Shown piece by piece: positions 37,410-46,106 of a stretch of DNA of 64,000 bases; position 1 is the stretch's first letter, and the number at the start of each line of letters is the position of its first letter. Under the pieces are notes generated by a model that saw nothing but the letters and a program-made list of their open reading frames with translations, ran no database searches and was not told the DNA's origin. This stretch comes from Patescibacteria group bacterium (GTDB lineage: Bacteria > Patescibacteriota > Patescibacteriia > UBA9570 > JAHJKD01). A program made the translations under genes and the position numbers. The stretch spans positions 23,568-87,567 of the forward strand of contig JBAZVM010000005.1 of the NCBI GenBank assembly GCA_041660885.1, given 5' to 3'.

Positions 37410-38093
37410 ATGTGCGGAAGATACTCGTTAATATCCTCGCTAAACGAATTAAAAGAGCGTTTTAACGTAAAAAAAGTTTCCGGCCAATTAACGCCGAGAT
37501 ATAATGCCGCGCCCAGCCAGCAACTACCTTTAATCGCGGGCGATGCCCCACAAAGAATTGTGCTAGCTGAATGGGGCATTATTCCTGCTTGGATGAAAGA
37601 CGAAAAAAGTATAAAGCGCCTGATCAACGCCAAAGCCGAGACTATAGCGGAAAAACGTACCTTTAAGCAAGCCGCGGAAAAAAGAAGGTGCTTAATAATT
37701 GCTGACGGCTTTTACGAATGGGCTGAAATTCCGGGCACCAAAAAAAAGCAGCCTTTTCGCCTTACCCTGAAAAACAACTCCCCTTTTGCAATGGCCGGAA
37801 TTTATGAATTAAAAAAAGATAAAAATAAACAATATATGGAGTTTGCCATTATTACGGTCTCGGCCAATGCTTTAATGGCTAAAATTCATAATCGCATGCC
37901 CGCTATTCTGCTACCCGAAGATGAAAAACGCTGACTTGATCCAAATACTACCATCAAGCAAGCCCTCACTTCTTTAAAGCCATATCCGGCCAATAAAATG
38001 AAGGCTCTGCCGGTTTCTAATCTGGTAAATTCCCCTGCCAACGAAGGCCCGAGTGTGATAAAAACGCTGGATACTTTGCCTATTTTTAAGTAG
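37410..38093 (+). pseudogene. SOS-response-associated peptidase (SRAP/YedK) interrupted by an in-frame TGA
   Basis: MCGRYSL N-terminus (catalytic Cys2), INAKAET, FYEW. The frame stops at TGA 37932..37934 (..LLPEDEKR*) and continues in the same frame with LDPNTTIKQALTSLKPYPANKMKALPVSNLVNSPANEGP..., the normal SRAP C-terminus, to TAG 38091..38093. Confidence 0.75.
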
Positions 38094-39306
38094 CCTGCCC
38101 CAAACAAGGCAAGCCGATAAACTGTCTTTCTTTTTTTTGTTTTTCCATTACCGGCAAACTGCTTCCCAAAAAAACAATATGCTTGCCGTATTTTTGGCTG
38201 AGGTCATCCACGGCTTCGTAAACCCGCCCTATTTTTTCTATGGTCAACGGTTTTTCAAATAAATTCATTTGCAAGCTAAAACGCGATTGCAAAGAAAAAA
38301 TCACTACTCCCGTGGCGCGGTAAACAAAAGAAGAGGAAAACAATTTTAAAAAAGCTTGCTTAGCCGGGCCCATGGCTTCATTGGGAAAACAAGTGGCGCG
38401 ATTAAAGCGTACTTCCATGGTGCGGTAGCGGAAATCATTCGTTTTTAAAAAAATCATCATTTTTTTGGCTGCCAGATTATGGCGCCGCGCTTTAATAAAG
38501 GCGTTTTCCACGTTCTTGGAAAGCTGGGCAAAAACATATTGAGCCTCGGAAGAAGGCGGAGAAAAAGTTTTGGTTTTGCCAATGCTTTTATATTCGTCTT
38601 TTTCTTGAGTGGAAACCTGATAAACTCTTTCCTCGTTAAGCTCGCGCCATATTTCTTTGTATGGCTTGCTTAATTTTTTATCGATAAAATCTTCCGAAGC
38701 CTGGGCGTATTGCCAGGCGTTGTAAACACGGAACTTATTTAAATAAGCCGCGGTTTGCCGGCCAATGCCCCAAAGATCTTCCAAGCTCGTCTTTTTTAAA
38801 AAGTCCGGACGGTTATAATAAGAAATTTCCGTAAAGCCTGATGGTTTTTTCCACTTGGAAGCTATTTTTGTCAGCACTTTAGTGCTGGCCAAACCAACGG
38901 AAACCGTTATGCCCAGCTCCTTTTCTATGGCGTTTTTAACGCTTATGGCGATTTGAGCGTAGCTTTTGTGCAAAGGACGGCGTAAACCCGTTATATCGGC
39001 AAAAGCTTCGTCTATGGAGTATTCTTCCACTTGCGAAGTATAGCGTCTTAGAATATCAAACATGCGTTTGGAAAATAAGCTGTATGTTTCATAGTGCGAG
39101 GGCAGAATAATGGCCTCGGGGCATATTTTTTTTACATCCCAAAGCGGCACTCCCCTTTTGATGCCTAATTTTTTGGCTTCGTAGCTGGCCGCGGAAACTA
39201 TCTTTCGCTCGAGCCCGGTGACGACGGGTTTACCGCGATACGCCGGATTTATAGCTTGCTCGCAAGAAGCGAAAAAAGCATCGGCATCTACATGGATTAA
39301 AGGCAT
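38086..39306 (-). CDS. Y-family translesion DNA polymerase, UmuC/Pol V-like
   Basis: MPLIHVDADAFFASCEQ and EEYSIDEAFADITG resemble UmuC (FYASCE, YSIDEAFCDLTG). 406 aa. Starts 3 nt after the lexA stop. Confidence 0.88.
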   Translation of the reverse strand: MPLIHVDADAFFASCEQAINPAYRGKPVVTGLERKIVSAASYEAKKLGIKRGVPLWDVKKICPEAIILPSHYETYSLFSKRMFDILRRYTSQVEEYSIDEAFADITGLRRPLHKSYAQIAISVKNAIEKELGITVSVGLASTKVLTKIASKWKKPSGFTEISYYNRPDFLKKTSLEDLWGIGRQTAAYLNKFRVYNAWQYAQASEDFIDKKLSKPYKEIWRELNEERVYQVSTQEKDEYKSIGKTKTFSPPSSEAQYVFAQLSKNVENAFIKARRHNLAAKKMMIFLKTNDFRYRTMEVRFNRATCFPNEAMGPAKQAFLKLFSSSFVYRATGVVIFSLQSRFSLQMNLFEKPLTIEKIGRVYEAVDDLSQKYGKHIVFLGSSLPVMEKQKKERQFIGLPCLGQAT

Positions 39307-39309
39307 AAA

Positions 39310-39882
39310 TTAATATTTTCTTACCACGCCAACCACCACGCCGCCCAATAATAAATTATTTTTGGGGTAAATGGGCTTGAATTTCGGATTCTCGGGCAGA
39401 AGAGCTATTTTCTTTTCGGTTTTATATAATCGTTTAATGGTCCATTCGTTGTCTATGCTGGCGATAATAATATCCCCGTGCTTAGCCTCCTTGCCGCGTT
39501 CCACTATTACCAGATCCCCGGGCCTGATGCCGGCGTTAATCATGGAATTGCCGGATACCTTCAATAAAAAAGAGGCTTGCTTATTTTTAATGAGATAGTC
39601 GTCTAAGCTGATGGCGTCGGCCAATTCTTCTTCCGCGGGCGTGGGAAAGCCGGCTTCTATGTTCCCCAATATTTTTACGCCAAATAAAGAAGCCGCGGGC
39701 ATTAAACGGCCGGCTTCATCTTTATTTATAAATCCCGCTTCTATGATTTTATTTATAAAACGAAAAACAGCGTTTTTAGACTTTACCTTAAACAAAACAA
39801 GCATTTCCGCGTAAGACGGCAAACGCTTGTTTTTTTCGTAAAATTGGCGCAAAACCAAAATTCTTTTATGCAGTTTATCCAT
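39310..39882 (-). CDS. lexA: LexA-family repressor (wHTH plus S24 peptidase)
   Basis: N-terminal wHTH-like region, putative cleavage site EAG/FP, VSGNSMINAGIRPGDLVIVE (Ser) and EWTIKRL (Lys). Start moved to MDKLHKRIL (ATG 39882) because the promoter lies inside the longer track ORF. Confidence 0.85.
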   Translation of the reverse strand: MDKLHKRILVLRQFYEKNKRLPSYAEMLVLFKVKSKNAVFRFINKIIEAGFINKDEAGRLMPAASLFGVKILGNIEAGFPTPAEEELADAISLDDYLIKNKQASFLLKVSGNSMINAGIRPGDLVIVERGKEAKHGDIIIASIDNEWTIKRLYKTEKKIALLPENPKFKPIYPKNNLLLGGVVVGVVRKY

Positions 39883-39888
39883 GGAGAC

Positions 39889-39918
39889 ATTATAAGTGAA
39901 CGAACGTTCACTTGTCAA
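39889..39918 (-). promoter_or_regulatory. lexA promoter with embedded SOS (Cheo-type) box
   Basis: Minus strand reads TTGACA (39918..39913), AGTGAACGTTCGTTCACT (39912..39895), TATAAT (39894..39889), gtctcc, ATG. The spacer holds GAAC-N4-GTTC within a 7+7 perfect inverted repeat. Confidence 0.75.
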
Positions 39919-39940
39919 CCCCGTACCGAATGGTGCGGGG
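39919..39940 (-). terminator. hairpin after the 144-aa gene
   Basis: Minus strand reads CCCCGCACC-attc-GGTACGGGG (9-bp stem, one mismatch). No T-run; abuts the lexA -35 box. Confidence 0.3.
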
Positions 39941-39962
39941 TCAAATGTCCCCTATTTACCTA

Positions 39963-40397
39963 TTAAGCTATAGGATAATTATTTTCTTGCAAACTTTGGG
40001 CAATGGCCTTTTTTTGGAAAAATCCGGCAAAACGGTATACTTCGTTGGTTTTAGTGGTAAACTCAAGGCCTAAAAAATTCTTTTTTACGCCGGTGATATC
40101 TGTTTTATTGATAATGCGATACATAGGATATTTTCTTAATTTATTCTGCGTTTCCGGGCTTAATGAATTAAAATCCGGTTCTTTGGAAATATCTTGCACC
40201 TCTTCTTTTTTCTTCTGCAATCCGGTGATAGCCGCACCGACCGCGGCGCCCACAATGCCGCCAACCGCTCCGCCGACTCTTACGTTCGGGTCATCTTTAA
40301 CTCCGGTAAAATAAATTTTATCGGGATTAATTAGAATCAAACCGTCCATGTAAGTTTTGTTGTTGAAGGCCACCCTTCCTCTTTTTAAAAATTCCAT
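39963..40397 (-). CDS. hypothetical protein with glycine-zipper segment
   Basis: VGGAVGGIVGAAVGAAITG motif. 144 aa. Confidence 0.6.
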   Translation of the reverse strand: MEFLKRGRVAFNNKTYMDGLILINPDKIYFTGVKDDPNVRVGGAVGGIVGAAVGAAITGLQKKKEEVQDISKEPDFNSLSPETQNKLRKYPMYRIINKTDITGVKKNFLGLEFTTKTNEVYRFAGFFQKKAIAQSLQENNYPIA

Positions 40398-40410
40398 AGT
40401 TTTTTGTTGA

Positions 40411-40704
40411 TTAATTATTTAAAAAATAATAAGCCAAATAAACTAACCCGGCTTGTATGAATAATACCAAAAAAAGCCAAAATTGAAAAGAAATCTTCTT
40501 TGTTTTATGGCGAAAAAAATACATGGCGGCTAAGGCTCCCGGGCTTCCGAAAAATAAAGCCAAAAGCAACAAAGCTTTTTCCGAAATCCGCCGAGAATTG
40601 GCTGACGCCGAAGTTTTATCTAAACCATAGACGCAAAAAACCGCGATATTATAAATACCTAGTATAAGCAGAATCCAATGAATATATGTGAGGTCGCTTA
40701 GCAT
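40411..40704 (-). CDS. DUF1294 membrane protein
   Basis: VFCVYGLDKTSASANSRRISEKALLLLALFFGSPGALAAMYFFRHKTKK. Start trimmed to ATG 40704, 4 nt after the efp stop. Confidence 0.75.
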   Translation of the reverse strand: MLSDLTYIHWILLILGIYNIAVFCVYGLDKTSASANSRRISEKALLLLALFFGSPGALAAMYFFRHKTKKISFQFWLFLVLFIQAGLVYLAYYFLNN

Positions 40705-40708
40705 TAAA

Positions 40709-41263
40709 TTAAACGCGGGAAACGTATTCTCCGGATTCCGTATTAATGCGGATGGTATCGCCTTGATTAACAAACAGCGGAACGCTGATTTGCGCGCCTG
40801 TTTCTATGGTGACGGTTTTAAAGGTATTGGCCGCGGTATTGCCTTTCACTCCCGGAGGGGCTTGCGTGATTTTAAAATCCATTTTTGGAGGAAGCTGAAT
40901 GCTGAATAAATTTTCTCCCAAAAATAAGCCATCAACTTGGCATTCTTCTTTCATCCATTTTTCCAAGTCTCCCACCGCATCGTTATTAAGCTGGTATTGC
41001 TCGTATTTTTCATCCATGAAATAAAAATAATTTTCGTCTTTATAAAGATACTGCAAACGCTTATGGATAAGATCGGCCGCTTCGAATTGTTCGCCGGATT
41101 TGAAAGTCATTTCCAACATTTTGGCATTCTTTAAATTCTTTATGCGCGTGCGCGTAAAAGAAGTTCCTTTGCCCGGTTTGACATGCTGAAAACCGACAAT
41201 CAGCCAAGGATCATTTTTAAACATAATAGCCAAGCCATTCTTGAAATCAGAGGTAGAAATCAT
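40709..41263 (-). CDS. efp: elongation factor P
   Basis: MISTSDFKNGLAIMFKNDPWLIVGFQHVKPGKGTSFTRTRIKNL. 184 aa. Confidence 0.95.
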   Translation of the reverse strand: MISTSDFKNGLAIMFKNDPWLIVGFQHVKPGKGTSFTRTRIKNLKNAKMLEMTFKSGEQFEAADLIHKRLQYLYKDENYFYFMDEKYEQYQLNNDAVGDLEKWMKEECQVDGLFLGENLFSIQLPPKMDFKITQAPPGVKGNTAANTFKTVTIETGAQISVPLFVNQGDTIRINTESGEYVSRV

Positions 41264-41314
41264 AAAAATACAATAATAATTTAATTATCTTTTCCGTATT
41301 TTAGTATGTTTTTT

Positions 41315-43681
41315 TTAATCTGTCCAGTAATCGATATTCGGCACCACTCCGGAATAAGCTTGAGCGGAAAATCCGCGTAAAAGCTTGTTTGCTTGGCCAT
41401 CGTTGTTCATTACTTTTACCTCATAATATCCATAGGCCATTTTTCCGATAGGCACGGATACCGCCAATTTCGTGGATGACTGCACGTAAGTCGTCACTTC
41501 ATATGATCCAAAATAAGCTTTGGTGCCATAACGGAAATTACTGCCATAGATGTTAATCATGGCTGATCCAGATGGATAATCGCTGTATTTTAAAGATTGC
41601 GGCGAGCAAGAGGAAATAGTAGGCGCAGGATCGGTATAAGGCGCCTCCCCTTGAATATTCACACGCCTAATCACATCGTTCTGATCATCAGCCACGAATA
41701 AATAATTTTTCTTTACCGCGATGCCATTGGGATTATCAAATTCCGTGGTTGTTCTTGATCCGTCTTTGTATCCCCTGTCTCCGGAACCAGTTACCAATTT
41801 TACCACGCCTAATTTTAAATCGAGCAATCTTATCATTTGACTGCCGACTTCGGTAGTGTATAATTTTCGATTTTTATAAGCGATGTTCAAAGGATAAGAA
41901 AATTTGGCGTCCGCGAATAATCCGTCTTGGTATCCGGCGGAACCATCACCTGCCAAAGTAGTTACATTCCCATCTCTCAGCCTGATCTTTCTGATGGCAT
42001 GGTTATCGCGGTCTGCCACATAAAGCACGGTTCCCCTGTTATTAAGCGTGATAGAAAATGGAGTGCTGAATTTGGCCGCGCTTTTTATGCCGTCCACCAA
42101 ACCGGCATTGCCGGCGGAACCGGCTACTAATCTGGTTTTTCCTTTTCTCTTTCCTTTTAAATATATTTTTCTAATAACTTGGTTATCCGTGTCGGAAACA
42201 TAGAGCACGTTATTATTTTTATCCAAAGCCAAGCCCGTTGGTCGATTAAAATAAGCGCAGCCTTCTACTGCGGCGCCAAATTCATTGGGGCAAGCTTTTC
42301 CTTCTTGATAGCCGTTATCTTCTCCGCCAATAACATTCACTGATCCGGCACCTGTAAAATATCCCACTGATTTGTCTTTTATATTTACAATGCGGATGCG
42401 ATTGTTATTGCGGTCTGCTATGTAAAGCTTTCTTCCATTCTTGGAAAAAGCCATGCCGCGCGGATCGCTGAATCGCCCTTTGTCTCCCGCATAAAATTTT
42501 TCATCGGTTTCCGGATAATTATCCACCACGTTTCCCACGACAAAATAAGCTTTTTGTGTTTGCGCGTTGAACTTGCTTAATTTGTTATTTTCTAAAAAAT
42601 AAATATATCTTTTATAATTTGGATAAATAATCATATTTTTCGGCCGGCCAAGAACCGGGCTTTTGCCGTATTCCTCACCAAAACGGCTCTTTCCCGCGAA
42701 TTTACTGTTGTCGTTGGCGTCATCCAGATTATATTTGTAAATAATGCCAATACCCGTGCTGGCCACATAAACATAGTTTCCGTAAATGTCCATGCCATTG
42801 GGAAAATTTAAAGAAACCATGTTTTCATCATCGGCAAAAACAGTAGTCTGGCAATCCCCATTACTCAAATCGACTTTCACTAAAAATCCGGTGCCGCGGC
42901 CGGTTTCGGAATTATCTAAAACATTACCCGTACCGTCAGAAACGAATATTTCATTTTCATTTCGCGCGACCACGCCCCATATATTTCTAAAAAGCGTGCG
43001 TTCGCATTTTCCCGTTCTATTGCCTTCTTTGCCCATTCCTGCCACCACTTCGACAGCTCCGTTATTTAAATTGACCTTTAATAAATTATAAGAGCCGGAA
43101 TCAGCCACATAGGCGTAATCTCCCACGATCTCTAATTTTTTAGGATCATCCAAGTCGTCGGTGATAGTAGTGGAAGAACCGCCATTTAAAGATATCTTTT
43201 TTAATATATTATTCCCGGTATCCAAATAATAAACATCGTTATTTTTTATGTGCACGCCTTCCGGAGCATTAAGACCTTCAACTAAAGTAGTAACTTTGCC
43301 TTGATAAATTTTTTTTATTTTGTTGTTACCCGTATCTGCCACCACAACCACTCCGTCGCTGTTGCAAGAAACTCCTTTTGGGGTGGCAAATTCCGCCGAA
43401 CTGGCCGTTCCAATGGTATCGCCAAAAGAACCGGTGCCGGCTAAAGTAGAGACGTATTCTTCGCTGTCTATTTTTCTGACAACATGGTTATAAGTATCAG
43501 CAATATAAAAATTACCCAGTCCATCGGCGCACATGTCTTCCGGAAAATCGAAATATGCTTCAGTGGCTTTTTCGCCGTCGCCGGCGTAGACCTCTCCTAT
43601 AAAAGTCGTTGTATCGCCATAAGCTGCCAGGGTGACAGCGGGTAAAAAGAGAAAAAGCGCGCTTAATAAAAATTTTTTCAT
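41315..43681 (-). CDS. secreted NHL-repeat beta-propeller protein with C-terminal IPT/TIG-like domain
   Basis: Signal peptide. Many YVADxxNHxIRKI-type NHL repeats. C-terminal Ig-like segment. Confidence 0.85.
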   Translation of the reverse strand: MKKFLLSALFLFLPAVTLAAYGDTTTFIGEVYAGDGEKATEAYFDFPEDMCADGLGNFYIADTYNHVVRKIDSEEYVSTLAGTGSFGDTIGTASSAEFATPKGVSCNSDGVVVVADTGNNKIKKIYQGKVTTLVEGLNAPEGVHIKNNDVYYLDTGNNILKKISLNGGSSTTITDDLDDPKKLEIVGDYAYVADSGSYNLLKVNLNNGAVEVVAGMGKEGNRTGKCERTLFRNIWGVVARNENEIFVSDGTGNVLDNSETGRGTGFLVKVDLSNGDCQTTVFADDENMVSLNFPNGMDIYGNYVYVASTGIGIIYKYNLDDANDNSKFAGKSRFGEEYGKSPVLGRPKNMIIYPNYKRYIYFLENNKLSKFNAQTQKAYFVVGNVVDNYPETDEKFYAGDKGRFSDPRGMAFSKNGRKLYIADRNNNRIRIVNIKDKSVGYFTGAGSVNVIGGEDNGYQEGKACPNEFGAAVEGCAYFNRPTGLALDKNNNVLYVSDTDNQVIRKIYLKGKRKGKTRLVAGSAGNAGLVDGIKSAAKFSTPFSITLNNRGTVLYVADRDNHAIRKIRLRDGNVTTLAGDGSAGYQDGLFADAKFSYPLNIAYKNRKLYTTEVGSQMIRLLDLKLGVVKLVTGSGDRGYKDGSRTTTEFDNPNGIAVKKNYLFVADDQNDVIRRVNIQGEAPYTDPAPTISSCSPQSLKYSDYPSGSAMINIYGSNFRYGTKAYFGSYEVTTYVQSSTKLAVSVPIGKMAYGYYEVKVMNNDGQANKLLRGFSAQAYSGVVPNIDYWTD

Positions 43682-43693
43682 GTTATTTGAAAA

Positions 43694-45427
43694 TTAAAGA
43701 TTGATCACATATTCTCCGCCGCCTTTGCCAATGGGGCTCCATGGGCCGTGTTCCGAAGGGCCGACAAACACGCGCACAGGCTCGTCGTATCCGCCGGTGC
43801 TGCTGCCCAATTCCAATATCGTGGCGCTGCGCACTTTATAATTCACGGGAGAAGAAAATTTAACCACGGCAAAAGCGCCGTATCCTCCTAAAGAACAGTA
43901 ATTTCCATCGGAAATTCCGATTATTTCATTTACATGATCATGGCCGTTAGAATTGCCCGCGGATCCATTAAGAATTCTAGATTTAACAACTTGTTCGACA
44001 TAATGCGTATCATAATCATCGTCTATAATTTTGATAGAATCAATATCGGCTCCTGGAGTCCCAACATTTAAATTTGTCTTCGTAACATCTTTAATTTTAA
44101 TATAATAACCGATTTCACCGGTGGTGAATTCTTTGGCGCTGGTCCAATTGCTGGAAATGTCTCCGTTAAAAGCTTTTACTTTAGCTTTATATTCCGTATT
44201 AGGCAAAAGAGTTTTTATGGATTTTTGTTCATTGGTTAAAGTATATGATTCAATTACTTTGTTGTTTTTACTGTAAAGTTTTACCATGTATTCGGAAATA
44301 TCACCGCGCGGCTTATCCCACTTTAATAAAATTTGATCCGCTTGCTTGCGATTTACGCGTACATGAGTGGGCTTAGCTGGTAAAGTTTGAAAAGAATAAT
44401 AAGTGGACCATTCTTGCCAAGTACCGCTGATTTTGGCGCGCACGCGGAATTTATATTGATTATTGGAAAGCAAAACGGTTTTATCCACTTTTTGGCTGAG
44501 GGTTTCCGTGTAATAATTCTCTATCGCAGCCCCGCTTTCCAAGCGCAGCTGCACTTGGTATTCCTCGGCTCCGGATACTTCGTTCCAAGTTAAATTGGCC
44601 GAAGTGGATTGCAAGCTGGAAGTATCCAATCCGGACGGCACGTTGATAGCCGTACTATTATCAGAGAAATTATAAGCTAAAACAGGAGTGGAGTCATTTA
44701 ATGTTTCATCTGTTAAAAAAATCACGCCCAAATCCTGATTACTGCTTAATCCGCTTTGCTCCAAAAAATTATTCAAATCCAATTTCATTTCCATTTTTGG
44801 CGAGTAATCGGTTGTATCAATATTCCATTCCAATAAAACATTCTCTTGCAATAATGTTTCATCTACCACGCCGTCTTCTATAGTAAAAACGCCGTCTTGA
44901 TCTTTATCCGAATATAAATATGAAGAAGGGTCGTCTGAAGGAAAACCAACACCGGAAGCATCCCAAGTAATGTGAAAAGCGTAATAATAATCCGGCTCAT
45001 CATCGGCTGTGGCGTCGATTCCGGCGATCAGCCAATGATCGTAAGCCGCGGGCACGCCAAAAGCATCTCGTCCGGTATATACTCCATTACTGCCGTTTAA
45101 AACCGCTCCCAAAGGTTCGGCGGATTGAAAATATAAATAAAAATAATTAGTGCCATTGGCTACTTTATTTTGAATAAAATCCAGCTGCTGTTCTTGATTT
45201 ACCATAAATGATTCGCAAGTGCCATCAAGCGGATCAATTTCCGGGCAAGTGCCTTGCCATACTCCTGAATTATAATAATACCAAGTACCGGTTATATCTT
45301 CGGCATCGGTAACGCTTTCATTAATAGCATCCCAATCGCTGAAATCGCCATCAATATTAATGGCGTCTTCCGCGCGTAAAGCAAAGGGGGCGATTAAAAA
45401 TAAGCAAACCAGCAATAATTTCTTCAT
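43694..45427 (-). CDS. secreted protein with two FN3 domains and a C-terminal unassigned domain
   Basis: Signal peptide. FN3 segments (LTWNEVSGAEEYQVQL...YKFRVRA, LKWDKPRGDISEYMVKL...YKAKVKA). The C-terminal 121 aa are homologous to the 26187..26816 product. Confidence 0.8.
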   Translation of the reverse strand: MKKLLLVCLFLIAPFALRAEDAINIDGDFSDWDAINESVTDAEDITGTWYYYNSGVWQGTCPEIDPLDGTCESFMVNQEQQLDFIQNKVANGTNYFYLYFQSAEPLGAVLNGSNGVYTGRDAFGVPAAYDHWLIAGIDATADDEPDYYYAFHITWDASGVGFPSDDPSSYLYSDKDQDGVFTIEDGVVDETLLQENVLLEWNIDTTDYSPKMEMKLDLNNFLEQSGLSSNQDLGVIFLTDETLNDSTPVLAYNFSDNSTAINVPSGLDTSSLQSTSANLTWNEVSGAEEYQVQLRLESGAAIENYYTETLSQKVDKTVLLSNNQYKFRVRAKISGTWQEWSTYYSFQTLPAKPTHVRVNRKQADQILLKWDKPRGDISEYMVKLYSKNNKVIESYTLTNEQKSIKTLLPNTEYKAKVKAFNGDISSNWTSAKEFTTGEIGYYIKIKDVTKTNLNVGTPGADIDSIKIIDDDYDTHYVEQVVKSRILNGSAGNSNGHDHVNEIIGISDGNYCSLGGYGAFAVVKFSSPVNYKVRSATILELGSSTGGYDEPVRVFVGPSEHGPWSPIGKGGGEYVINL

Positions 45428-46104
45428 ATTATTAGCGTTCCTTTAAATTTATTATTTTTTAAACAATTATCCAATTCGATTAAATTTTCCCCGCCTATAA
45501 TAGCTACTTTTATCCGGCTTTTTTCCGCCAACTCCGCGGCCACGGGATCAAAAGGCGCGTTCAAGCCCGGCTTCCATTTATAGCCGATAATGCGGCGAAA
45601 ATCCGGCCAACATATTTTTTCTATTTTTTTCGCGTCTTTGAATTTCTTCGGATCTTTATTATAAACGTATTTTATATTAGATAAATTTATTACTTTATCA
45701 ATTTTGTTTATTTGCGCCAATTTGACCGCATCAAAATCAGTGGACCATCCCGGTTTCCAGCCCGCGCCGATAATCAAAGGTTTTTCCCATTTAATTTTTT
45801 TCGTGGGCACGGTAATAATTTCCGTGTAGGCTTCATTTTTAAAAATATTCTTAATGAGCTGGGCGTTTAAAATAGAAGCCCAAATGCCCAGCCAATCCAT
45901 CTGCGTTTGAGAAATGCCCCCGACTTCTTTTCCCGCTTTTTGGTATTCTCGCGCAATCTTTCCGCCACCGGTAAAAATCACGAAATTATATTCGCGTAAA
46001 TGCTTTAAAATCAAACTTTTAAATTTCTTTAAAAACCGGATGTCCACGCCATTAGGAACTATTAATGATCCGCCTAAAGAAATAATCGCATTTTTTTTAG
46101 CCAT
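45424..46104 (-). CDS. pyrH: UMP kinase, archaeal type
   Basis: AIISLGGSLIVPNG, FTGGGKIAREY, GAGWKPGWSTDFDAV. 226 aa. Colinear with archaeal PyrH as recalled. Confidence 0.8.
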   Translation of the reverse strand: MAKKNAIISLGGSLIVPNGVDIRFLKKFKSLILKHLREYNFVIFTGGGKIAREYQKAGKEVGGISQTQMDWLGIWASILNAQLIKNIFKNEAYTEIITVPTKKIKWEKPLIIGAGWKPGWSTDFDAVKLAQINKIDKVINLSNIKYVYNKDPKKFKDAKKIEKICWPDFRRIIGYKWKPGLNAPFDPVAAELAEKSRIKVAIIGGENLIELDNCLKNNKFKGTLII

Positions 46105-46106
46105 AA

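Noticed and set aside
37932-37934. Alternative genetic code (UGA=Trp as in code 4, or UGA=Gly as in code 25) as the explanation for the in-frame TGA in the SRAP gene.
   Set aside because: Other genes end sensibly at TGA (22566..23231, 23228..24769, 48190..48969). Trp is encoded by TGG throughout long intact ORFs such as ileS and argS. No other gene in the window is split at a TGA.
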